From Candidatus Poseidoniaceae archaeon (lineage in GTDB: Archaea > Thermoplasmatota > Poseidoniia > Poseidoniales > Poseidoniaceae): a stretch of 64,000 nucleotides of DNA. Shown in pieces: positions 53,583-63,095 of the stretch (its first letter is position 1; each line of letters starts with the position of its first letter). The stretch covers positions 4,209-68,208 of the forward strand of contig JBMZIJ010000005.1 of NCBI GenBank assembly GCA_049616955.1. Direction: 5' to 3'. The notes beneath the pieces were generated by a model. The model had not been told where the DNA came from. It saw only the letters and a program-made list of their open reading frames with translations, and did no database searches. Made by a program: the position numbers and the translations under genes.

Positions 53583-54050
53583 GTTGTGAATCAGTTCGTC
53601 CAGATCTTGTGGACGTTGACAGTAGTGACATCGAAGTGTAAGCGGATCCGTTTTGGTGACTTTCAATCGATGTGGAAGCGGTTCCCTCGAATTCTGCGTG
53701 ATGCAGTTTGAGAAGGTACAACGTACCACGTTTCGTACCTCTTCGCCAAGATTGACATTCAGTTTCTCTGCGACTGAATAGGCTCGGATGATGGCAATGC
53801 TTGATTCAGGAGCAACCAATGCCAAACGATCGAGTTCGGATTGTGTCAATTCACGGTCTTCGACTTTGATGATGTCTTTCGCACCCATCTTCTTCGATGG
53901 AACGTTCATGACCAATGATACAGGAACGGATGTATCACTCGATAGATTGAGCAATTCAAGCACTTTAAGCGCCTGTCCTGACGGAATGTGATCGATGACC
54001 GTTCCATTCTTGATTGCAGTAACTCGTCGCATGTTGTGTTCGTCAGCCAT
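53574..54050 (-). CDS. pyrI: aspartate carbamoyltransferase regulatory subunit
   Basis: VTAIKNGTVIDHIPSGQALKVLELL, plus a C-terminal Zn domain C..C...C..C. Its start overlaps the pyrB stop by 1 nt. Confidence 0.9.
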   Translation of the reverse strand: MADEHNMRRVTAIKNGTVIDHIPSGQALKVLELLNLSSDTSVPVSLVMNVPSKKMGAKDIIKVEDRELTQSELDRLALVAPESSIAIIRAYSVAEKLNVNLGEEVRNVVRCTFSNCITQNSREPLPHRLKVTKTDPLTLRCHYCQRPQDLDELIHNLL

Positions 54051-54994
54051 CAGGCATCACCTCCACTGATTTCAGCAGGAACTTCGATGTTCAACAGTCT
54101 GCAAAGCAAAGCCATTCGAGCAACAACGCCGTTGAAGGCCTGCTCAAAATAACGAGCATGACGTGTCGAATCCACACTGGGGTGGATTTCATCAACACGT
54201 GGTAATGGGTGCAGTATGACCATCTCTGATTTCGCATTGGCAAGGTCACGTGCATGCAATTTGTACGCACCAGCGACCTTGGCATACTCATCTTCATCAG
54301 CAAATCGTTCCTTTTGGATACGTGTCATGTAAACGACGTCTGCTTGGTTGATGTTCCCAAGCAGGTCTTCTGTTTCGGTCACATCAGCACCGTGTTCACG
54401 AAGATCTTCAACGATTTCAGCAGGCATTCGAAGGAGGTCAGGGGAGGCAAAAATCAGTCGGCAACCAAATCGAACCAAGGCATGTGAAAGGCTGTGAACG
54501 GTACGGCCGTAACGCAAGTCACCTGCAAGAATTACAGTAAGTCCTTCAAGCGTACCATGAGATTGTTGGATGGTGAACAGATCGAGCATGGTTTGTGTTG
54601 GGTGATGACCAGCTCCGTCGCCTCCGTTGAGAATGGGGACACGTGCAGCATCCTGAGCATAACGTGCAGCTCCTTGCCGAGGGTGGCGCATGGCGATAAT
54701 GTCAGTATAACCGTCGACCATTTGGATGGTATCGAACAACGTTTCTCCCTTGACAACAGAGGACGTTTTGACATCTCCGAGGTTGACAACATCGCCTCCA
54801 AGACGCTTCATCGCCGTCTCAAAGGACATTCGAGTACGTGTGCTTGGTTCAAAGAACAGGTTTCCGAGAATCTTGCCCTGCAACAATGGGAGATACATTT
54901 CACCTCGTGCGACGGGCAAAAGTCGTTCAGCATCAGCAAGAATGCTGTGTATGTCGTCGTTGGTCAAATCGTCCATCGTGATGAGTCCTTTCAT
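54050..54994 (-). CDS. pyrB: aspartate carbamoyltransferase catalytic subunit
   Basis: FFEPSTRTRMSFE, HPTQ, and HPLPRVDEI motifs. Confidence 0.95.
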   Translation of the reverse strand: MKGLITMDDLTNDDIHSILADAERLLPVARGEMYLPLLQGKILGNLFFEPSTRTRMSFETAMKRLGGDVVNLGDVKTSSVVKGETLFDTIQMVDGYTDIIAMRHPRQGAARYAQDAARVPILNGGDGAGHHPTQTMLDLFTIQQSHGTLEGLTVILAGDLRYGRTVHSLSHALVRFGCRLIFASPDLLRMPAEIVEDLREHGADVTETEDLLGNINQADVVYMTRIQKERFADEDEYAKVAGAYKLHARDLANAKSEMVILHPLPRVDEIHPSVDSTRHARYFEQAFNGVVARMALLCRLLNIEVPAEISGGDA

Positions 54995-55054
54995 AGGATG
55001 TCCCCTTCTTCACCAACCATCCAAGCACACCCTTGAACATTGTTGCCAAGCAGT

Positions 55055-56866
55055 ATGCAAACAGTCGGTGGTTTCTTCATCGAAACCATTCCTGCTACAA
55101 TCATGCTCTGGGGCGATGTCGATGAGGCGATTAAGGCTGAACGCTTGCTCCGCATCCAAAGAATCGAGCGATTGAGTACCATCTGTGCTTTGTTTTGCTT
55201 GAGTGGAGCCATCTGGTTGGCTTGGCCTGTCCTCAAAGACGCCTTCGTTGGCGATGCAAGTTTACTCACCGGCCTCGGTATGCCCGTTCTTGTTCTGTTA
55301 TGGGGTATTGTCATCCAAGATTTGATTTTGGACGATCCTCGTGCAAGAACACGTATTGGTGCAGCTTCGAGCGTCGTATGGCCTGTTTTGCTGATGTTTG
55401 CATTGCGCGCCTATTCAACGAACACAACCGATATTCTTGCTTCAGCACTCTTTGCTGGATTGGGTCTAGCGATGTATCAATCCTCAGCGAACACATTACG
55501 CGGTGGAATCGATGTGATGCGCTTCCGAGCCATGATGACCAGCATCGGGGCACTCACCGTTCTTGGTATGCTCGTTGGTGATCGTGCAGGTGAAACCTGG
55601 ATTGTCGAACCAGTCGATTGGGCACACCCTCTCTTGAGCGTGTTTGTTCTTGGCCATGTTGGCTATCTTTGGTTCATTGGAGACGATATGCGGGAAGAGC
55701 GGAAAGCGTTCCGTCAAGAATTGGATTCCATCGAGAATCGTCTGCTCGTTCTCCGCTCGGAAGGTGCAGCCGTTGACCAAGCCAGTAGCCTTGTCATGAC
55801 GGCCAAGGAGGAAGGACACATCGATCCAGTCTTTGGAATGCGACTTCTTCTCGAAGCAAGTGAAGACATTGAGCGTTCCCTCTCTCTTGCAACCGATGTC
55901 GATGTTGTACGCAGTGAAGCATTGCTCGTCATCCAGCATGCAGAAGAATTGGCTCCATTGGCCAAGCGACCTCGCAAATCCTACGAAATGGGTGAGCGGG
56001 AAGTCAACCTTGGATCCTTACGCGAAGCCGAGAGTTTGTTCCGACAAGCTAAGCGTAGAGCACAAGAGATTGTGACGTGGTGGGAGCAAGCAGAGGAAGC
56101 AATTCGAACGGCGGAAGAACTCCTCACCGGTCAATCTGGAGCCACCATTGACAATTTGCGACAAATTATTCGCGATGCGAAAAAGCAACTCGATCGTGAA
56201 GCACCAAAGAAAGCCTTTGAGTTGGCATGTGTGATTCCCATTCAATTCCAAGCCGATGGTGACGCCAAAGAACGTGCTGTTGAAGTTCTTGGTGATGCAG
56301 CAAAGGCGCTCAAGGCTGCTGATGGATTTGATACTTCAGACCTCGAACGCCGTCTTGACCAGGCTGAGTCCGCTCTAGAAGCAGGTGATACAGGTCAAGC
56401 CATTGGCCTAGCAGAAGGTGTCATCCGTGTCATACAAATCGAACGTGAAGCCATGGAGACCGTTCGTCGCGCTCTTCGACAACGCAAGAAGATCACTGAA
56501 CGATTCGAGGGTTTTGAAGATGAAGAAGCATGGTCAAATCGATTCAAACAAGTTCAATCCGCAGCCGATGAACGTCAATGGAGTCATGCTGCAACCTTGC
56601 TTGAGCGACTGACGATTGACCTTGATGCGCTTGGTAATGAGCAGAGTGAAGCCCAAACATTGCTTGACTTCGTTCGACAAGAATGGGCCGTGTTGAGAAA
56701 TCAATGCAATGCTTCCAGTATTCCCGTCACTGATGATGACATGAAGCAAACCGAGGCTGCCATCGCCCTTGCTGAAGAACGATTGAGTGGTGGCAAGGTT
56801 GAAGCCGCCCTGGAACAACTTGGGAAAGCTGATGCTTCAATGGAACGATTGCGAAGGCGGGTTTAA
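55055..56866 (+). CDS. membrane protein with about 6 N-terminal TM helices and ~390-aa helical, A/E/R-rich cytoplasmic region, unknown function
   Basis: ORF 55040..56866, with the first ATG at 55055. The hydrophobic N-terminal ~215 aa are followed by a long predicted-helical region. No recognisable motif. Confidence 0.65.
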   Translation: MQTVGGFFIETIPATIMLWGDVDEAIKAERLLRIQRIERLSTICALFCLSGAIWLAWPVLKDAFVGDASLLTGLGMPVLVLLWGIVIQDLILDDPRARTRIGAASSVVWPVLLMFALRAYSTNTTDILASALFAGLGLAMYQSSANTLRGGIDVMRFRAMMTSIGALTVLGMLVGDRAGETWIVEPVDWAHPLLSVFVLGHVGYLWFIGDDMREERKAFRQELDSIENRLLVLRSEGAAVDQASSLVMTAKEEGHIDPVFGMRLLLEASEDIERSLSLATDVDVVRSEALLVIQHAEELAPLAKRPRKSYEMGEREVNLGSLREAESLFRQAKRRAQEIVTWWEQAEEAIRTAEELLTGQSGATIDNLRQIIRDAKKQLDREAPKKAFELACVIPIQFQADGDAKERAVEVLGDAAKALKAADGFDTSDLERRLDQAESALEAGDTGQAIGLAEGVIRVIQIEREAMETVRRALRQRKKITERFEGFEDEEAWSNRFKQVQSAADERQWSHAATLLERLTIDLDALGNEQSEAQTLLDFVRQEWAVLRNQCNASSIPVTDDDMKQTEAAIALAEERLSGGKVEAALEQLGKADASMERLRRRV

Positions 56867-59425
56867 TCAAACCAATTGCCTTCGAATGAGATCGTCAATG
56901 TTGATGCCACTTGGAAGACCAAGGTCAACAGGCATACCCGCAATGGTGGTGATGATACCGTACAAGTGGAGATAAATTCCGTGTGGAGCCTGTTGTTCAC
57001 CGTTGTAAGGAATCTTCTTCCAAAGGTTTGATTTCATGTAGAATTTTGAAACGGATTGGTCTTTCGAATGAACAATCCATGCATTCGCCCGACCTGCATG
57101 CTTTCGTGCAGTCGTTGAACCGAGCCGAGGAGGAACAGTTACAGTATGGAGGACTGGCCAGTCACGCATCCAATCACCTGCTGAATCGATGAGCATCGTC
57201 ATCTTGGTTTGCTCAGTCGCCATTGCATCGAGAAGCCCCAATTCGTTGAGGATTCGAACCAAAGACCGCACGTGAGGATGGCGAGGTTCACTCACTCGCA
57301 ATTCGCGTGCTATGCGTACAGCAGTGTTTGGTCGGCCAGCATCGAGGTGCAACAATGCAACAACAACTCGTCCGTGACTCCATTTCGTTGTTGGCAAGTC
57401 TGCATGTTCTTCGTGTTTTTTCATGAACGATTCAAGCATTGAGAGCGCTTCTTCGCTTCGGTCATCCAACCGCATACGGGCACAATCACCCAACAACATC
57501 AGACGGTCTGCAGGCTTGTTTCGATAGGTTCTGTTCCCTCTCGGATTGCCCTCAGCCGTTCGAGTGAGCAGGTCGATGTTTCGCCGCATCAATGGATCGA
57601 TGCTCAAAACCGGTTGTGAGGCGCTTGGAATTTCACGTTTCGAATCGAGAACAGCAGCAAACCATTGCAATCGTGCAGCCTCGATATCGCTCTTATTCAG
57701 CAAGGCAAGTCGGGGTGCAGCCTCGGGCAGATCACGTTGACAAAGGCTTGCAGCAGCAAGGATAAGGCGAGCAACTTGTGCATCTCTTCCGGTCTGAAGT
57801 GCGAGCAAGGAAACCGCGTTCTCCTCAGCCTCTTCCCACCGATTTAAGCCAGCAAACAATTGCATCTTCGCTCCGGTTTGTCGAAGCAAATCCAAGCCCT
57901 GGGTTGATGATTCTGTTGGATTCAAAATTTCGTCGTAGTGCTCGATTGCTCGAGTCCACTTGTCCTTTGCAATGAGTTCTGTAAACGGACGTTGTTTGAG
58001 GTAAATCATGTCCTCCATCTGTGTTAACATTTGACGCTGCTCACTGATGCTTGCATCGAAGGTGATGTCATCGAGTTTTGAACCAACCTGAAGCGACGTT
58101 AACCAGATGAGAAGGAAACAAATTTGGCCACCAGAAGCCAGCATCCACGTCAACTCTTCCATTGCATCTTTCTCGACATACGTGCAAAGTGTACCTTCCC
58201 AATCACCGCAAGACGCTCCTTGTGGCAGGAAGCTAGAATCCCAGAATGTAATCATCGCAAGGGCAAGGAGAAGCATCGATTGTCCAGCAAATCCTGTGAA
58301 ACAGAAATTCAGAACTTTGGCCTGTTGGCTTCGCTCCGCTCGCAACAAACGGCTATCTGCGAGACGAATACCTCCACGTCCGGACACATCTTGAACGTCG
58401 AGGAAAAGGATTCGAGCAACTTCGTAAACGAACAGAAAACCGACCAAAGCAACGTTGAGAAGAAGGAACAACAGGATCGATGTGACCAATGGAACGCGTA
58501 AACCAGGGTCAGGAATGTTGGAAAACAACTCGATAAGGAAGAATCCAAGAATGCCACCTTCTTCCATAATGGTTGCTTGTTCACGGTATTCTGGTAGGTC
58601 GATAACTCGGTCAGAATGTGTGAACAATTCAGGTGCGACAATGATGGCAATCAATGAGAGTAAGGTGTTGATGGCAACAACGGGCATGGCTAAGGTGTTG
58701 AGATGGACAATTCGTGCAATCACTTGCTGTCGAGCATTTGGTGAATGATTGTGGAACGGTGAAGGATTACCTTGAGCGATTTGTGCTGAGGACTGACGTA
58801 GTGCTTGCCATGAGGTTCCCATGACGCGTCCATACGCAACAATCGATGGTGAGAAGGCGAGCAACAACGAACCGCTCAATCGATGCGTAAAGGAAACGCC
58901 CCATGATCCAAGAAGCGAATAAAACAAACCGACGCCAATGAACCAAAACATGGTGAGGGCAATGTACGCAGTGTTCCGTGCACCACTTGACTCTTGCAAT
59001 TTCGCTTTTCCATGACCAATCGGTTTGATGATTTGGGCGCCAAGCGATGAACCGGATGAGATTACTGCCGGCAGAATAATGAGAATCAAGGCTAAGGAAA
59101 TATTCGGTGCATGGAAACCATCACTCATATCCTGTGCGTAGATGATGTACTCAAAGAACAGCAACAAGGCTCCAGTCAATGCAAACAGGTAGGTTGCAAC
59201 ACCGAAGCGCATCCCGCGAGAGCGAAGTAAATCACGAGCTTCACCGAAGGATTCAGTCACTGTATGTACTTCATAACGCATTGGTCCGGTCTCAAATGCA
59301 ACCTGCAAACCGCGTAATTGTCGTGGGACGACAGTACGCCAAAACAGCAGTGCGATGATACCTGCTAAAATCAATGGAACGACGGCGATGGAGGCAAACC
59401 CCTCAACAATCACCGGCCCAGTCAT
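56867..59425 (-). CDS. 852-aa polytopic membrane protein with TPR-like helical C-terminal half, unknown function
   Basis: About 12 hydrophobic helices in the first ~450 aa, then ~400 aa of helical-repeat-like sequence. A TCCATAAAAGG box lies about 25 nt upstream of the ATG. No recognisable catalytic motif. Confidence 0.7.
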   Translation of the reverse strand: MTGPVIVEGFASIAVVPLILAGIIALLFWRTVVPRQLRGLQVAFETGPMRYEVHTVTESFGEARDLLRSRGMRFGVATYLFALTGALLLFFEYIIYAQDMSDGFHAPNISLALILIILPAVISSGSSLGAQIIKPIGHGKAKLQESSGARNTAYIALTMFWFIGVGLFYSLLGSWGVSFTHRLSGSLLLAFSPSIVAYGRVMGTSWQALRQSSAQIAQGNPSPFHNHSPNARQQVIARIVHLNTLAMPVVAINTLLSLIAIIVAPELFTHSDRVIDLPEYREQATIMEEGGILGFFLIELFSNIPDPGLRVPLVTSILLFLLLNVALVGFLFVYEVARILFLDVQDVSGRGGIRLADSRLLRAERSQQAKVLNFCFTGFAGQSMLLLALAMITFWDSSFLPQGASCGDWEGTLCTYVEKDAMEELTWMLASGGQICFLLIWLTSLQVGSKLDDITFDASISEQRQMLTQMEDMIYLKQRPFTELIAKDKWTRAIEHYDEILNPTESSTQGLDLLRQTGAKMQLFAGLNRWEEAEENAVSLLALQTGRDAQVARLILAAASLCQRDLPEAAPRLALLNKSDIEAARLQWFAAVLDSKREIPSASQPVLSIDPLMRRNIDLLTRTAEGNPRGNRTYRNKPADRLMLLGDCARMRLDDRSEEALSMLESFMKKHEEHADLPTTKWSHGRVVVALLHLDAGRPNTAVRIARELRVSEPRHPHVRSLVRILNELGLLDAMATEQTKMTMLIDSAGDWMRDWPVLHTVTVPPRLGSTTARKHAGRANAWIVHSKDQSVSKFYMKSNLWKKIPYNGEQQAPHGIYLHLYGIITTIAGMPVDLGLPSGINIDDLIRRQLV

Positions 59426-59481
59426 AGAAATCCCACACGTTGCTTCCTTTTATGGAATGCGAATCAATGGAATTGATGGGT

Positions 59482-61509
59482 CTAGTTTTCCTCACTCTTT
59501 GGAACAAGACAAGGCTCTGCCACTTTGTTGTCAATTTCCTGGTTGAGATCGTCAATAAATTGGTCAAGAGGGATGTCAGCGATTTGATCACCTGTTCTCG
59601 AGCGCAAGGACACACAATTGTTGTTCATCTCACCATCACCGAGGATCATCAGATAAGCAGGGCGCATCTTGCGGTGGGTTCGAATTTTCTTACCAATCGT
59701 GTCGTCTCCATCATCGATTTTGACCCGTACCCCACAATCCTTCAATTTCTGTGCGACCTTGGAAGCATATTCCTTGTGCTTTTCAGAAATCGTGAGAATG
59801 TGGACTTGCGTTGGTGACAACCAGGTTGGGAACTTACCGGCAAAATGCTCGATAAGTACGCCACAGAAACGTTCCATAGAACCAAATGGTGCCCGGTGAA
59901 TCATCACTGGGCGATGGTTTTCCCCATCGCTTCCCTTGTACCACAAATCGAATCGTTCAGGGAGATTGTAATCCACTTGTACAGTTCCAAGTTGCCACTC
60001 TCGACCGATGACGTCCTTGACAACGAAATCGATTTTTGGTCCATAAAAGGCAGCTTCGCCTTCTTCTTCGGACCAGTTGACACCAAGTTTGGCTGCGGCA
60101 GAGCGACATGCTTCCTCTGCTCGATCCCATCGGTCGGATTCGCCAACATATTTGTCGCTGTTCGGGTCACGTAAGCCAACTCGGACGCGATAGTCATGCA
60201 TGCCTAAGACGTCGAAAATGGTCTGAACAAGTTCGATGCACCCCATGACTTCGTTAGCGATTTGGTCTTCTGTTACGAAGAGGTGAGCATCGTCTTGGGT
60301 GAATCCACGAACACGAGTCATTCCCGAGATTTCACCGGATTGCTCCCATCGATAGACGGTTCCAAATTCAGCGAGACGTAGTGGAAGATCACGATAGGAA
60401 CGAGCTTGTGAGGCGTAAATCTTGACGTGGTGAGGGCAGTTCATCGGTTTGAGCATGTAACCTTCGATGTCACCTGTACTCATCAGATTGGACAATTCGG
60501 AACATGAACAGCCTTCATCAGCAAGTTTCTTCATCAAATCTCGCTCAACAAGTGGCGGATACTGACTGTCCTGGTAGTATGGGAAATGCCCAGACGCACG
60601 ATACAAGTCTAGTTTCCCAATATGTGGAGTGAAGACTTGATCGTAGCCCTGTCGGCGAAGATGATGCGAGATGAAATCTTGTAATTGTTGTCGAACAATG
60701 GCTCCACGAGGTGTCCAGAGAATGAGGCCTTGGCCAACTTCTTCGTCAACATGGAACAGTTGCAAATCCTTGCCCAGTTTTCGATGGTCGCGAAGTTTCG
60801 CCTGTTCCATTCGATGCAGTGTTTCCTTCAACGCTTCTTTGGTCGGTTCAACAATACCATAGATTCGAACAAGTTGTTCACGGGATTGATCGCCTCGCCA
60901 GTATGCAGACGATACCGACGTGAGACGACTAAACATCAATTTCGCCGTGCTCGGAACGTGTGGACCCAAGCAAAGGTCGTACCATTCACCTTGCTTGTAA
61001 ATCGTCGAACCATCACCATCTTCCAACTTATCATCAATGATTTCAATCTTGTATGGATTGGATGTGAAGTGTTCTCGTAACTCTTGGTCGTCCAGTTCTA
61101 CGCGTTCAACCTTAAGGTTACGTCGGGCGATTTCATGCATCTTTTTCTCGATGGGTTTCAAATCACCTTCACCGATGGGCTCCATCGCAAAATCGTAGTA
61201 GAAGCCACGGTCGATGGCTGGGCCGATGGTTGGTTTTGCATCAGGATAGAGTTCCATAACCGCTTGTGCAAGCAAGTGTGCAGCACTGTGACGTAGAATG
61301 TGAATGCCTTCATCGCTTTCAGCGAGAATCCCTTCAATGCTGCAATCGTTGGTCAAGGGTGTGGATAGATCTCGTTCAACATCGTTGATGCGAGCAGCAA
61401 GGCATCCATGCTTCTTCCCAAGAGCATCAAGAACGACTTCACCAGCGGTGACACCTGCTGCATATTCGTTGACAGTTCCATCAGGAAGGGTAACGTTGAC
61501 CATCGACAT
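59482..61509 (-). CDS. thrS: threonyl-tRNA synthetase (TGS + editing + class II core + anticodon-binding domains)
   Basis: TGS start MSMVNVTLPDGTV, editing-domain HSAAHLLAQAV, and class II motifs FRWEQSGE.SGMTRVRGFTQDDAH and GPKIDF. Start set at the ATG at 61509; the upstream part of the track ORF overlaps the preceding gene. Confidence 0.95.
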   Translation of the reverse strand: MSMVNVTLPDGTVNEYAAGVTAGEVVLDALGKKHGCLAARINDVERDLSTPLTNDCSIEGILAESDEGIHILRHSAAHLLAQAVMELYPDAKPTIGPAIDRGFYYDFAMEPIGEGDLKPIEKKMHEIARRNLKVERVELDDQELREHFTSNPYKIEIIDDKLEDGDGSTIYKQGEWYDLCLGPHVPSTAKLMFSRLTSVSSAYWRGDQSREQLVRIYGIVEPTKEALKETLHRMEQAKLRDHRKLGKDLQLFHVDEEVGQGLILWTPRGAIVRQQLQDFISHHLRRQGYDQVFTPHIGKLDLYRASGHFPYYQDSQYPPLVERDLMKKLADEGCSCSELSNLMSTGDIEGYMLKPMNCPHHVKIYASQARSYRDLPLRLAEFGTVYRWEQSGEISGMTRVRGFTQDDAHLFVTEDQIANEVMGCIELVQTIFDVLGMHDYRVRVGLRDPNSDKYVGESDRWDRAEEACRSAAAKLGVNWSEEEGEAAFYGPKIDFVVKDVIGREWQLGTVQVDYNLPERFDLWYKGSDGENHRPVMIHRAPFGSMERFCGVLIEHFAGKFPTWLSPTQVHILTISEKHKEYASKVAQKLKDCGVRVKIDDGDDTIGKKIRTHRKMRPAYLMILGDGEMNNNCVSLRSRTGDQIADIPLDQFIDDLNQEIDNKVAEPCLVPKSEEN

Positions 61510-61565
61510 GCGCACGCCTCTTGACTTGCCCTCGACTGTCCTCTTCATCAATGCGACGCTTGAAA

Positions 61566-61862
61566 TCACCATTCAACGATGATGTCATCATCTAAACTCT
61601 GACTCGGCTTGTCAAGAATCACCTGCTTCTTTTCGTCCTTTTCAGGCTCCTTTTCTTGAGTGGAAATAATGAACGATTCAGGCGTCTGTACCTCTCCAAG
61701 TTTGAATCCAAATTGAGGCTTTACTTCCTCATTCTGCGACGGTTCTGCTGTCGGTTCTTCGACGATTTCTTGGGATGAAGCCTCTCCCTTTCCCATTTCT
61801 TTCATGCTCTTTTCCATAATTTCATCGAGAGCGATTTCATCAGGTTCGGAACGTTTGACCAT
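61566..61862 (-). CDS. 98-aa highly acidic, low-complexity (probably disordered) protein
   Basis: ORF upstream of thrS on the same strand. E/K/P/Q/S-rich and ends ...SLDDDIIVEW. No fold-like pattern, so coding status is uncertain. Confidence 0.45.
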   Translation of the reverse strand: MVKRSEPDEIALDEIMEKSMKEMGKGEASSQEIVEEPTAEPSQNEEVKPQFGFKLGEVQTPESFIISTQEKEPEKDEKKQVILDKPSQSLDDDIIVEW

Positions 61863-61958
61863 GAAACTCCATCATCAGAAACCCCATCAAAACATCGGTC
61901 AAATGATTCGATATGGGCAAGAGCAATGATTGAAAACAAACAGAACGGAGGTTGGTCT

Positions 61959-63095
61959 ATGCGAATCGGCGTCGTTGTCAATCCTGATGCCGGTCTGGGT
62001 GGACGATTAGGATTCAAAGGAAGCGATGGGCGTGCGAAAGAAGCACGTGAAGCAGGCGCAGTCGATCGTTCCGGTCCACGCATGCAACAATGCATTTCGA
62101 AATTTCTTGACCTACAACAATCGAGTTTGAACCGGATGGGCGTCAACCCTACGTTCGTTGCTTGGACGGGTCGAATGGGCGGAGATTGGCTTGATGGCGT
62201 CGACTATGAACAACGACAACCTTCGCCTTCAGAATCCACGGCGGACGATACGGCTGCGCTTGTTTTGGATTTGGTTACAGCGAACGTGGATGCCATTCTC
62301 TACGCAGGTGGTGATGGAACAACTCGAGACATTGTGAATGCGCTCGAAGGTCATGAAACACCGTTGATCGGCGTTCCTGCTGGTGTCAAAATGCACTCAG
62401 GCTGTTTTGCGACCACGCCCAATGCGGCTGCAGAGGTTCTTCTCGCATTTCTCCAAGGTGATTTGATGGTTGCCATCACCGAAGTGATGGATTTGGATGA
62501 GGAGATCTACCAACGTGGCGAGTGGAAAGTTCGGATGTATGGTGAAGCATGGACTCCGTCCAGCCCACGCTTCATGCAAGGGGCAAAGGAACAAGTTGAA
62601 CGAGCAAGTGAAGCCGAGACCATTGAAGGACTTGCAAACCATATTGGAAACCTCATCGAAGATGACCCCGAATTGATGGTCATCTGGGGTAGTGGCGGAA
62701 CCTTACGAAGGATGGGCGAACATCTCAATGTCGAATTAACACTCTTGGGAATTGACATCCAACACAAAGGAACGGTCTATGCCGATTTGAATGAGGCAGC
62801 ACTGCTTGAACATCTTACAACCTACGATGGACCACGATTGCTCCTTCTTTCACCAATGGGTGGGCAAGGCTTCCTGATTGGACGAGGCAACCTCCAACTT
62901 TCTCCCGATGTCCTCCGTGCCATCGGTTTGGATTCCATTCTTGGTGTTGCAACACCTTCGAAGTTGTTGGGACTTTCAAGCGTACGAATCGATACGGGAG
63001 ATGTCACTTTGGACGAGGAATTCCAACAACGGCGATTCGTGAAATTGCTCCAAGGTTATCGGACAACTCGTGTGATTCGAGTGTTGGAAGCTTAA
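61959..63095 (+). CDS. ATP-NAD kinase family protein (COG3199-like)
   Basis: [24 protein letters not shown] and [11 protein letters not shown] match the NAD kinase/DAGK-like fold family. GGAGGT 7 nt upstream of the ATG at 61959. Confidence 0.75.
   Translation: MRIGVVVNPDAGLGGRLGFKGSDGRAKEAREAGAVDRSGPRMQQCISKFLDLQQSSLNRMGVNPTFVAWTGRMGGDWLDGVDYEQRQPSPSESTADDTAALVLDLVTANVDAILYAGGDGTTRDIVNALEGHETPLIGVPAGVKMHSGCFATTPNAAAEVLLAFLQGDLMVAITEVMDLDEEIYQRGEWKVRMYGEAWTPSSPRFMQGAKEQVERASEAETIEGLANHIGNLIEDDPELMVIWGSGGTLRRMGEHLNVELTLLGIDIQHKGTVYADLNEAALLEHLTTYDGPRLLLLSPMGGQGFLIGRGNLQLSPDVLRAIGLDSILGVATPSKLLGLSSVRIDTGDVTLDEEFQQRRFVKLLQGYRTTRVIRVLEA

Noticed and set aside
57250-57260. GGATTCGAACC (reverse complement GGTTCGAATCC), a tRNA T-loop-like string
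   Set aside because: The flanking bases cannot form a T-stem (TTTGG versus CCTCA), and no acceptor or anticodon arms are evident. It lies inside the 852-aa coding sequence. No tRNA is called anywhere in the window.
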